Assembly (NCBI GenBank): GCA_037444125.1
Contig: JBBINA010000003.1
Coordinates: forward strand, 3,167 to 67,166
Origin: a bacterium
GTDB taxonomy: Bacteria; Patescibacteriota; Minisyncoccia; JBBINA01
Direction of reading: 5' to 3'
Length of the DNA stretch: 64,000 nt
The notes beneath the pieces were generated by a model. The model saw nothing but the letters and a program-made list of their open reading frames with translations, ran no database searches and was not told the DNA's origin. The position numbers were made by a program, and so were the translations under genes. This document shows, in pieces, positions 17,889-27,633 of this stretch. Position 1 is the stretch's first letter. Every line of letters starts with the position of its first letter.

Positions 17889-19444
17889 TAAATTAAAACT
17901 TTAAAAAGATAGACCCCCTTGTTGTAACCAAAACCTTCATATATTTTGCCAAAATAAGGCGAGCGATTCAAAACATTAAATACATTAAATATGGGACGAT
18001 AAATATCTTCACCCCAAAACAAATCAATAAAAACAACCTTAGAACCAAAAATTTCTTTTATTGCTTTGGCGTATTTTTTATCTAGATAATAGTCACAGTA
18101 TTTAATTTCTTTTAAACATCGCTCTTCTTCGCAATAAATCATACCTCTATTGATTATTTCATAAATAAAATCCCTTTGTGGGTCGTATGTTTTCATAAAC
18201 TGCCGACCAAGGCCTGCCACATAATAATTATAATCATTAGCGTAAAATAAAGTCGGAAAAGACGACCAGTTTATATTAAAAATAATTTCTCCTTTAACTG
18301 TATGCTGCTTTAGAAATTGGCTTACGGCTTCGTATCTTGAAATTTTGGGTTGGCTGACAAAATATGAATTTAACTCTTTGAAATTAAATAAAAAACTTAA
18401 AACTAAATATGCGCTCCCAGCAAAAACAAAAACTTTTTTTTGTTTAAGAGGAAAATTCTTTAATTCAACTAATAATTTTTTATAAAAGGAGGCAAAAAAA
18501 ATTAAAGCAAATGGCAAAAGATAATCAATAAAACGCGCAAAAAAGAGATAAAAAACTGAAAAAATCAAGAAAACATATAATTGAAAATTGTTATAAAGCC
18601 TATTATTTTTCTGGCGTAAAAACGCCCAAAATGCCAAAATCAAAGCAAGCAAAAAATAAGCCACAATGCTTTCATGACCCCAGGGCCAAAATTCTATCCT
18701 CGGCGGAAGCCACTCTACACTAAGTGGCATATATAAAGCCTTAATTGGATTAACAATCGTAATATGCATAAACAAAATATTATTCGGAAAAAACGGGTTA
18801 ATAATTAATCCCCATAATATTCCGGATAGGCTATATAGGAAAGGCTTAAAATTCAACTTTCGCCCGCTGATAAAATTATAAATGCTCCAAAGGATCACTA
18901 AAACAAGCGATAAAAAATAACCATCATAAGCCCAGACAAAGAAAAAATTAACCAACCACAGCCAAAGATGTTTTTCTTTTAACAAAAAATAAAAAACCAG
19001 CAATAAGAAAAGCAATGAAAAAGTCAACGGCCTTATATTTAGCATTCGCCACAAGAAAGGTGTAGGCGCAGCATATAATATAAAAACAAAAAAACTTGCC
19101 GTTTTATTATTTAACTTAAAAAGATTTCGAAAAATAAAAAAAAGAGAAAAACTACTTAAAGCAAGAATAAGAGACTGATATATTTTAGCAGCCAAAAGAT
19201 CGTTTTCTATAAACCTGACAAACGGAAACATTAAAAACCAATAAAGAAAATGGTGCCCAGTAAAATTCTCTCGATAAATCGAATAATAGAGCCAAGGCAA
19301 TTTTTGAAAAAACCCGCCTTCACTAAATAATTGGGCAAGTTTAATATAAAAATAATTATCATCAAATGCCGCCAAAACAGGATAAAGACTAAGTAATAAT
19401 ACGCTAAAACTGAAGGAAACGGCAAAAACCCAAAAATAAATCAT
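17888..19444 (-). CDS. Polytopic membrane protein, GT-C fold candidate, paralog of 16263..17888
   Basis: FDDNYFYI, PWLY, shared FFFVWAYDGY and INPFFPNNI, GEIIFNINWSSFPTLFYAN. Confidence 0.55.
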   Translation of the reverse strand: MIYFWVFAVSFSFSVLLLSLYPVLAAFDDNYFYIKLAQLFSEGGFFQKLPWLYYSIYRENFTGHHFLYWFLMFPFVRFIENDLLAAKIYQSLILALSSFSLFFIFRNLFKLNNKTASFFVFILYAAPTPFLWRMLNIRPLTFSLLFLLLVFYFLLKEKHLWLWLVNFFFVWAYDGYFLSLVLVILWSIYNFISGRKLNFKPFLYSLSGILWGLIINPFFPNNILFMHITIVNPIKALYMPLSVEWLPPRIEFWPWGHESIVAYFLLALILAFWAFLRQKNNRLYNNFQLYVFLIFSVFYLFFARFIDYLLPFALIFFASFYKKLLVELKNFPLKQKKVFVFAGSAYLVLSFLFNFKELNSYFVSQPKISRYEAVSQFLKQHTVKGEIIFNINWSSFPTLFYANDYNYYVAGLGRQFMKTYDPQRDFIYEIINRGMIYCEEERCLKEIKYCDYYLDKKYAKAIKEIFGSKVVFIDLFWGEDIYRPIFNVFNVLNRSPYFGKIYEGFGYNKGVYLFKVLI

Positions 19445-20127
19445 CTAATTCCCAAAAAGTATAAATATAGTCTAGCTAGATGCATAAGATATCTTAAAAA
19501 TTCCCTTGTGTTTAATTTTGACGAGCCACGCTTACGATTCTTAAATACATACGGCACCTCGTCATATTTTTTATATTTACCCTTGACTAAAATTTCAATT
19601 AATATTTTATAGCCTATTGGGCTCAGTTTGATTCCCTCGATAACCGAGCGTCGTATAACGAAAAATCCAGACATAGGATCAGTACACTTACCAACTAAAG
19701 GTCTTGCCATAATCTCGCCCAGACGAGAAACTAATCTACGATGAAAAGGCCAGTCTTCAACTCTGCCACCAGCCTTTCGCCGTGTACCTACAACTAAATC
19801 GCATCCCTCCTTCTCAATCCTTGCCAAAAATTTGGGCAAAAATTCCGGCGGGTGACTCAAATCGCCATCCATAATGACAATAATCTTTCCTTGTGATTTT
19901 TTGAAACCATAAATAACCGAGTTCGAAAGATCGTATGAAACCTGATAAAATTTAACTGGATATATACGGGTTAACTTTTGGACGATACTTTTTGTGTTAT
20001 CAGCAGAAAACTTATCAATAATCAAAATTTCATAAGACTTTCCTCTTAAGGTCCTATCTAGACGTTTTATTAATTCTTTTAAATTCCTACCTTCATTTAA
20101 GGTTGGTACAACAATTGATAAACTCAT
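19441..20127 (-). CDS. GT2 polyprenol-phosphate sugar synthase (DPM1-like)
   Basis: SIVVPTLNE, MDGDLSHPPE, DLVVGTR, DPMSGFF, GYKILIE, F.NR.RG.SKL. Confidence 0.88.
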   Translation of the reverse strand: MSLSIVVPTLNEGRNLKELIKRLDRTLRGKSYEILIIDKFSADNTKSIVQKLTRIYPVKFYQVSYDLSNSVIYGFKKSQGKIIVIMDGDLSHPPEFLPKFLARIEKEGCDLVVGTRRKAGGRVEDWPFHRRLVSRLGEIMARPLVGKCTDPMSGFFVIRRSVIEGIKLSPIGYKILIEILVKGKYKKYDEVPYVFKNRKRGSSKLNTREFLRYLMHLARLYLYFLGIR

Positions 20128-21416
20128 GATGCCGTCCTTAAATTTCCTTTAAAAATATAAGCAATAATTATAATCTGAACTATATAGTAAAAATGGTTAA
20201 GATGGAAATAGCGGGAAAAAAATAAGAAAGTAAAAGTTAGTAAAGCATAAACCATCAAAAAAGCACTTAATGATCTCTCCCTTTGTAAATAAATATAGCC
20301 TACTATAAAAATAGGTAAACCAAACAATAACTGCAATATCCAGAACGGAAAATAAGCAAAAATGTCTTTTACAAAACCAAAATAATATAAATAAGAAGCA
20401 AATCCTATTCCCCTAACTCCACCTAAAGGATATGGCGATAACGAAGTTCCGCTGCCATAATTCCAAATGTCATCAATAAAATCACCTGCCGAAAAAATAA
20501 AGAACGGAAAAATTACCACGCCCGCAACCACTAACGCAGGCATTAGTTCGTATAAACTTCGACGAAATAATAACATTAAGTTTGCTCCACCCTTTTTCCA
20601 ATCTCTAAAACGATACAAAAAATACAATGGCAATAAAAGCCAAGTAGTCTGCTTGCTAGCATACAAAAAACTCATAAAAATAGAGGATAAAATTGTTTTT
20701 CTTCTAATTAAAAAATATAGGAAAAACAGCAATAATGCAATAATTATTACATCATTATATCCATAAATTAAACCGTTTAAAAAAAACGGATTGGCGAATA
20801 AAATCAACCCTACCATCTTTCTCGGGTTATCAATGGTAACATTATTTAAAATTAGCATCGATAATATAAAAGCTATCACATGAATTAATCTAAAATCAAA
20901 CCAACTAAAAAGCCAATAACTCAATAAATAAAATGGAACAGAGATAACTAAAAAAAATGGAAGATATATATAATGATATAGTGCTGGATTTTCTATTATT
21001 TGACCATTAAGCAAAGGTCCTATATAGCCATAGTTCCAACTTGCCAATTCGGTATCTAAATAGTTCTCTCGATATGGATTTTTGTTTTTCAACAAAAAAG
21101 AAACCGCAGCTTCGGTTTGAATTACGCTATCATGGGTATAACGTAATTCTCCCTTTACTCTTAAAAATAAATTTATAACTAGGATTGGTAAAAAAAGAAC
21201 TACTAATATTATCCCCAATAATATTTTTTTAAAAAAATATGAATTTATGTTGAGGCGGTATGAAATAAACACATAACCTAAAAAAAACAACAATGCTAAT
21301 GTTGTTAATCCAAATATTATTAGCTGACCACGCAAACTTCCAAAATATAGGCTCAGATACCTTTCGGTTGTAAAAAAATATGCAAAAAAGTATGCAACTA
21401 GTAGTAATATATCCAT
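20124..21416 (-). CDS. GT-C membrane glycosyltransferase (GT87/DUF2029-like)
   Basis: HDSVIQTE, NPYRENY, YIYLPF, GYNDV, ASKQ; about 11 TM. Confidence 0.6.
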   Translation of the reverse strand: MDILLLVAYFFAYFFTTERYLSLYFGSLRGQLIIFGLTTLALLFFLGYVFISYRLNINSYFFKKILLGIILVVLFLPILVINLFLRVKGELRYTHDSVIQTEAAVSFLLKNKNPYRENYLDTELASWNYGYIGPLLNGQIIENPALYHYIYLPFFLVISVPFYLLSYWLFSWFDFRLIHVIAFILSMLILNNVTIDNPRKMVGLILFANPFFLNGLIYGYNDVIIIALLLFFLYFLIRRKTILSSIFMSFLYASKQTTWLLLPLYFLYRFRDWKKGGANLMLLFRRSLYELMPALVVAGVVIFPFFIFSAGDFIDDIWNYGSGTSLSPYPLGGVRGIGFASYLYYFGFVKDIFAYFPFWILQLLFGLPIFIVGYIYLQRERSLSAFLMVYALLTFTFLFFSRYFHLNHFYYIVQIIIIAYIFKGNLRTAS

Positions 21417-21426
21417 ATAATATTAC

Positions 21427-22155
21427 TCACTTTAAAAATCTAAACTTTAAAAGCGTATAAACCGCTTTGAAACCCTGATACCACCTTAACTTCTTTCCCT
21501 CCTGAAAACCTCTGGGCAGATAACTAATAGGTACTTCTGTAATTTTTATTCCTTTTCTTAATATTTTTGCTGTAATTTCCTCGCAAAACTCAAAACCGTT
21601 ATGCTCTAAAGTAATATTGGCCAAAACCTTCCTTCTAAATACTTTATAACCGGTACTAATGTCACTTAAATAACTTCGGTATAAGATATTTCCAGCCAAA
21701 GTCACTAAACGTCCTCCATAATAATAAAATGGTGTAAATTTAGGATTCCGAATATTCAATATCCTTGAACCATATACAACTTCACTTTTACCTTCTAAAA
21801 TTGGCTTAAGCAAAAAAGGATAATCTTTAGGATTGTATTCAAGATCGGCATCCTGAATAATCACTATATCACCCGTTGCCATACTCAAACCAGTTCTAAT
21901 CGCTGCCCCCTTACCTTGGTTTTTAAGATGTCTCTTAACCTTAATAATAAAATAAGGATTAATTGGCAAACTGCGAATATATTTATTCAAATAAAAATAG
22001 GTGCCGTCTGTAGAACAATCGTCAATTACGATAATTTCTTTTGCTATATCATAAAGTGAAACCTTTATAACTCTATCTAACACTAATCTAATGGTTTTAC
22101 GCTCGTTAAAACAAGGAATGATGATAGATAACTTAATAAGTTTATTGCTGGACAT
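21427..22155 (-). CDS. GT2 glycosyltransferase (DPM/DPG-synthase-like)
   Basis: SIIIPCFNE, IDDCSTDGT, NQGKGAA, QDADLEYNP, VYGSR, EGKKL. Confidence 0.9.
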   Translation of the reverse strand: MSSNKLIKLSIIIPCFNERKTIRLVLDRVIKVSLYDIAKEIIVIDDCSTDGTYFYLNKYIRSLPINPYFIIKVKRHLKNQGKGAAIRTGLSMATGDIVIIQDADLEYNPKDYPFLLKPILEGKSEVVYGSRILNIRNPKFTPFYYYGGRLVTLAGNILYRSYLSDISTGYKVFRRKVLANITLEHNGFEFCEEITAKILRKGIKITEVPISYLPRGFQEGKKLRWYQGFKAVYTLLKFRFLK

Positions 22156-23503
22156 AGTTGTAAAAATATTTTTCCTTTATAGTTTTAAGAAGTTTAAAAA
22201 TTAATATGGCTGGCAAAATTATATAAAAAACAGTAAAACCTACAGAATTAAACATTGGATAGGCAATGAGGGCGGTTATAGTAAGTAGAAACAGCTCATC
22301 GCTCTTTTGCAAAAAAATCAAAAAGGGAACAAGCCATAGAGAATCCCATTGCCTAACATTAATCTGAAATAAAATTATAAACATAACTAACGCAAGCAAT
22401 CCCTTCATCAAGAATGTCTTTTTGCTGTTTATTAGATTTATAAGATAACCAATAAAAAACAATGGTCTAAAAATAAAACGCGACAAGTAAGAAACTATAA
22501 AAAATAAAGTTAGTCTATCCTTAATTGTCTCTACAAATGGTATATAGAATATATTAGCGTAAGGCAATAAAAATATTTGGGATTGGAGAAATAAGCTTTT
22601 AAATGTTGTCCTTCCTGCCCAAATATCTTTATAGGCGAAGTAAACAATTAAAAACCCCAGTAACAAATTAACCAACAAAAATTGTATCTTACGCGCTAAG
22701 GTTTTTATTTTTTTAACAAGCTCGACCAAAGCAATTGGCACTAATAAAAAATATACATACTTAACTAGCCCTGAAACTATCAACAAAGGTATTACCAAAT
22801 ATCTTTTCCGATAAACAAAAAAGTAAATTCCCAAAATACCAAAAAATATCATCAGGTAATCGTTATGGGCATTATTAATAAATTCAATTAATATCCAAGG
22901 ATTAAATGCATATAGATAAGTTGCTTGAATCTCGCAGCCGGGCGCCAACTTTTTAACAACTAAATAAACTAACACTACGCTCAAGGTATTTATTAAGAAA
23001 GCGAACATTTTAAACACTATCATTGTGTATTGCGGAAATGAAGCAGACGATTTAGTCAGAAAATGCCCCACCCAGTACCACACTGGCCCATAATGATTCT
23101 CTTGGTTCCTCCACTCGCTCTGCTTAGTAAACATATCATCTGGATATTGAAATGGTGCAACTTTATAAGAATTTTCGTGGTATATCGAGCTTAACCTGCC
23201 CAAAGCAATAACTCTATAAACATCATTGGAAAAAAAAGGCGGTATAAAAACTAAAATTAAAGAGACCAGACAATAAGTCATTGCCAGCTTTGTTTTGTTT
23301 TTTTTAAGAAACTCGGCTCTGTAATAATAAACAATATAGATTACGACAATAAAAATTACAATTGCTAATAACTGCCAAACCCTAAAGTTATCATCAAAAA
23401 TATATACAGGCACCTTTAAACTTACGCGTGAATAACCAAAGTAGTAAAAACCGAGCATAAAGCAAAAACCAATATAAGATAAAACAAAAACAAACAATAG
23501 CAT
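22142..23503 (-). CDS. GT-C membrane glycosyltransferase (MptA/alpha-1,6-mannosyltransferase-like)
   Basis: PPFFSNDVYR..GR, NSYKVAP, YGPVW, AFNPWILIE..NAHND, LVKY. Confidence 0.7.
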   Translation of the reverse strand: MLLFVFVLSYIGFCFMLGFYYFGYSRVSLKVPVYIFDDNFRVWQLLAIVIFIVVIYIVYYYRAEFLKKNKTKLAMTYCLVSLILVFIPPFFSNDVYRVIALGRLSSIYHENSYKVAPFQYPDDMFTKQSEWRNQENHYGPVWYWVGHFLTKSSASFPQYTMIVFKMFAFLINTLSVVLVYLVVKKLAPGCEIQATYLYAFNPWILIEFINNAHNDYLMIFFGILGIYFFVYRKRYLVIPLLIVSGLVKYVYFLLVPIALVELVKKIKTLARKIQFLLVNLLLGFLIVYFAYKDIWAGRTTFKSLFLQSQIFLLPYANIFYIPFVETIKDRLTLFFIVSYLSRFIFRPLFFIGYLINLINSKKTFLMKGLLALVMFIILFQINVRQWDSLWLVPFLIFLQKSDELFLLTITALIAYPMFNSVGFTVFYIILPAILIFKLLKTIKEKYFYNYVQQ

Positions 23504-23575
23504 ATTAATTATTCCAAGATCTTAAAACTTAAAATAATAAATAAACAAAAACATTTTTAAAAACAACTTATAAAA

Positions 23576-25319
23576 CTAATCTGTCCGTAATATTTTTCTA
23601 AACTCGTCTTCGTAAACAACCGGGAACTGCTCTTCAAAGAAGAAACGAACCATCTCTGGGAAAACAAGTTCTTTACAAAAAAATCTGTCATGCACATCGA
23701 GCTTGTAGATAATAACAAATTTAATCTTATATTTAATAAGAAATTCTTTTAACTCGTCAATTGACGGCGCATCAGTTCCTGGATTTGTCTGACAAGAAAA
23801 GAAAGGCCTCACATTATCTTCAAATAAATAGTTTATAAATTTTCTACTTTGATATACACGGATATTTATTAATCCTCCGATCAGCTTTCTTCCGTGAAGA
23901 GTCTGGTCATAAAGATGCAGACCTGACATAACTGGTCCCAACGGTAAATTCATAACAGCAAAGTCGCTGGTATCTTTTTGCCATTGATAAAAAATAGGTG
24001 GAACCCTAATGTCAAATCTGCCATAAGGATATATTGCTCTTTCAAAAATCAAACCAGCAAGTAATAAAACAACACTAACCCATCTAAATTTTATTTTTGA
24101 AAATGCTAAAGATAGAATGATCGCAAGAATTAAAACCGGAAAAATTGCGAATCTAGTCGCAAAACGCAACTGATTAAAGGGGGGAATATACATAAGTATA
24201 GCCATAAGGTAAGATAACTTTTTTCTCCATACCGAGTGACGCTCCTAAAACCGCTTCGTCTTCGGTCGGCTCAAACATATATAGAATAGGTCCTAAGGAT
24301 AAAACTAAAAAAACGGCACCAATAATTATGAGTTTCTTATATTTTACCGCCGCCTCATAACCCAACTTAAAGATTCTCGCCCGCCACAAAAACAGAAAAA
24401 TAAATCCCAACTCAATATAACCAAAAAAAACACTTGCGCCTTCTGTAGAGGCATAGTGACCTATAATTGGTATCTGTTTTAAAAACTTGCTCAGCCACTC
24501 CATATTCATCTCCATGTTCATATTCCTAGGGCTAACAAAGGAAAAAACGCGCGCGGCACCTGATGTTTGTTCCCAAAAAGAAAAACGAGGAACAAATAGC
24601 TCATAACCAAAAAAGAAGAACATAAACACCAAAACGCCACCATAGATACCTAAAGCCACTTTTAAAAGCTGCCGACTACCAAATACCAAACTAAACACAA
24701 AAAGTAGCAAGATGCTATAAAAAAAATAAATATAGGATGATAGAACCGCCAATAAAAGTCCACTTAAGATTTTTACCAGACTCCAGATGTTTGGCTTTTC
24801 TTTATACTGAAAACAAAACATTAGTATCAAAGGTAAGCTGAAACCGGCCAAAAGATTCAAATATTTATCACCGCGGGAAATAAAATAAGGGGAAAATGCG
24901 TAAATTGCGCTACCAATAAACGAGGCCAAGGGTTTATGATGGAAATATCTTCGCAATACATAGAAAAGCGTCGTGCCGTTTAAAGCAAAAAATAGCAGAA
25001 TAACAATATTGTTTATAAAAATACCGTTAGTAAAACTTCCAAATAAATAATAAATAATAATATATAGATAACTATCTATCGAGGTTGTCATGTCAACACC
25101 CCTGGGATACCATAAAAGATCAGTAGTCAACCTAAAATTACCGTCAACAACGCCCTTCATAAACCAACCCACCCAAGTCATTCCTAAAGCATCACGTAAT
25201 GAATTTGATGTATTAAAATTAAAGTAAGGTGTCGCTATCGGCGTGCCAAGTGCTAAATAAAATAAAAACGCCCAGATGATTTCTATATTTTTTATTATTT
25301 TATCTTTAATTTCGAACAT
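23576..25319 (-). pseudogene. Frameshifted GT-C/YfhO-like membrane protein (ORFs 24174..25319 and 23576..24205)
   Basis: Removing one G at ~24202 joins ..ILPY to AILMYIPPFNQLRFATRF, matching the intact paralog 27626..29419 (PLPYFLIMYLPPFIFLRTPNRF). A sequencing error is not excluded. Confidence 0.7.
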
Positions 25320-25474
25320 TATAATAAATTTGCTTTTGAAGCGTAATATCTTTTCAACCTTGAGTGGTGCTCTTAAAGGTAGATGTAGATAATCTTAAGG
25401 TTTTTAGCATATAAATTGTCGAAATCGCCAATAATTAAAAATTCTTATCAACAGAGATTCCGGCATAAACAATA

Positions 25475-26104
25475 CTATTTCAGTAAAAACTTAGGAATAT
25501 TATATAACTTACAGGTTGGGACGGCTCTGAATATCAAATCATAATCTGAGGCAAAACTTAAAGATTCATTATAACCATTCAGCTTGAAATAAATATCTCT
25601 CCTGTAACACCTAACAGGATCGGCAATTGGACTAACACGAAAAATGTACTTCCTTATCGCCTCATCTGTAACAGGATAATAACGTTTGCCTAAATCTTTT
25701 CCTCTGTCATTTATGATAACAAGATATGACCCACACACACCATAGGTTGGATTTTTTTCTAAAAAATCAACTTGCTCCTTTAGACGATCCGGTTCAGCAA
25801 TATCATCACTGTCCATAATAGCTACATATTTGCCCCTTGCGAACTTTCGTATAGCATAATTACGATTTCTAAATAAACCCTGTTTTTTTTCATTATCTAT
25901 AACTATAATCCTCGAATCTTTCATCTTATAATGATTTATGATTGTCATTGTATCATCTGTAGAGCAATCATTTATTATAATAAATTCGAAATTCGTAAAA
26001 GTTTGACCTAATATACTTTCTATTGCAACACCAATATATCGCTCCGAATTATAAGCCGACATTACCACAGATACTTTCGGTTTGGCATTATTTTGCATTC
26101 CCAT
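25475..26104 (-). CDS. GT2 glycosyltransferase, C-terminally truncated
   Basis: VSVVMSAYNSE, INDCSTD, MDSDDIAEPDRL, SDYDL; stops at KFLLK* where homologs usually continue LLKYR. Confidence 0.75.
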   Translation of the reverse strand: MGMQNNAKPKVSVVMSAYNSERYIGVAIESILGQTFTNFEFIIINDCSTDDTMTIINHYKMKDSRIIVIDNEKKQGLFRNRNYAIRKFARGKYVAIMDSDDIAEPDRLKEQVDFLEKNPTYGVCGSYLVIINDRGKDLGKRYYPVTDEAIRKYIFRVSPIADPVRCYRRDIYFKLNGYNESLSFASDYDLIFRAVPTCKLYNIPKFLLK

Positions 26105-26121
26105 ATTTATGTTTATCTTAT

Positions 26122-27633
26122 TTACTGTAACATATTTTCATCAATACTTTCTCTTTTTAAAATAACTCCAGCTGAATTTTTTGAAAAAACCCTAAACTCG
26201 TTTGAAATGATTATCTTATCCAAACTACGTTCAAGCCATGGCTTATCCTTTTCAAGATACAAAATATACTCAACATCACTAAATACCGGCAACTGAGCAA
26301 GATGTTGCCTTTTAAACAAATGGGGCAACGAATAAACATAGGCAGCAACTGAGACATCCTGTGGAATACGGCTAATTAAGTTTATTGTTTCGTTTCTACG
26401 ATAATCAGTAAATCGTTCGTGCCACCGCTGATATGATGCCACGGGCATATAATATATAAAATTAAAAAAAACGACTGCAATTAAGCTGTATATAAACCCA
26501 AAGGTAACAATATTAACCCTAGTAAATTTACTAATCAAGAAGTTTTTGGCGGCTAAAATACTAATTATCCCCAAAGGCAAATAGGAAAGATTGTAATGAA
26601 ACCATGCAAGATGGCTATAATAAAAAATGTTACTAACCAACAACCTTTCTGCAATCGGTAAGACAAACAGCAAAATCCCGGGGGTAAAAACAGCCGGCAT
26701 AAAAGTGCCGACATTAAAAAAAATATTAGCATATTTCAAGGCATTAAAACCATTTAAGCATATAAATGATGATAACTTGCCTTGAAGAAATCTTTCCCAA
26801 GATTCTTTATAAAATGAAAAGTAAAAATAACTATCCTGTAAAAAATGAGGTATAACTATTTTAATAACTGTTATAAAGACAATGATACTGATAAAAACCG
26901 TAGCTAAGCCATGTTTTAAAAAAGTTCGTCTATCATAAATAATCAAAAATAAACCAAAAGCTGATAGATGAAGAATAAAATTCTCCTTTATCGTCATAAC
27001 TAAAATTGCCACGAGCCAATAAAATAACCACTTGCGGGTTATAGCAAAATAAAAAAGACTTAAGAGTAAAAAGGGATAAAAACTGTCCTGGGTAAAATCA
27101 TAAAGAGCAGCTGATTGTAAACCAGGATATAAAATATAAGTTAAACCAATCAATAGGGTATAAAATGATTGAATCTTAAGATGTCGAGCAATATAGTAAA
27201 GTGGAATAACGCCTAACAAAAGCAGCGTCACCTGGCCATAAATCAATGTTTCTGCCTCGGGCCAAAGCTTGAAAAAAGGTATGAATATCCAAATAATTGG
27301 ATTGAAGTGATTACCAAACTCATTTATAAGAACTTTGTTTCCGCTATCAATGGTTATTATAGGACTTCCCGTAGTTACCAAGTTCCATAATAAGTTCAGG
27401 GTATTAGCCAAATCTTGGGTGCTGAAAAAATTATAGTGACGATGTAGCGCAAGCGATGAATAATAAAAAAATAAGCAAATAACTAATATCGAAAGTATTA
27501 TCTTGGTTAAATGATAGCTTAGGTATTGTCCGGTCATATCAGAAAGTTTCTTGATAAATCCCTTTCTATGGGAATAAACGCTCAGAACACCACTTATTGA
27601 CAAGATTAAAATAATTTTAAACAAATCAGTCAT
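26122..27633 (-). CDS. DUF2079-type membrane protein (GT-C candidate)
   Basis: QDLA....LWN, FGNHFNPI, WPEAETLIYGQ, LYPGLQSAALYDF, TIKEN; start set at ATG 27633. Confidence 0.7.
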   Translation of the reverse strand: MTDLFKIILILSISGVLSVYSHRKGFIKKLSDMTGQYLSYHLTKIILSILVICLFFYYSSLALHRHYNFFSTQDLANTLNLLWNLVTTGSPIITIDSGNKVLINEFGNHFNPIIWIFIPFFKLWPEAETLIYGQVTLLLLGVIPLYYIARHLKIQSFYTLLIGLTYILYPGLQSAALYDFTQDSFYPFLLLSLFYFAITRKWLFYWLVAILVMTIKENFILHLSAFGLFLIIYDRRTFLKHGLATVFISIIVFITVIKIVIPHFLQDSYFYFSFYKESWERFLQGKLSSFICLNGFNALKYANIFFNVGTFMPAVFTPGILLFVLPIAERLLVSNIFYYSHLAWFHYNLSYLPLGIISILAAKNFLISKFTRVNIVTFGFIYSLIAVVFFNFIYYMPVASYQRWHERFTDYRRNETINLISRIPQDVSVAAYVYSLPHLFKRQHLAQLPVFSDVEYILYLEKDKPWLERSLDKIIISNEFRVFSKNSAGVILKRESIDENMLQ

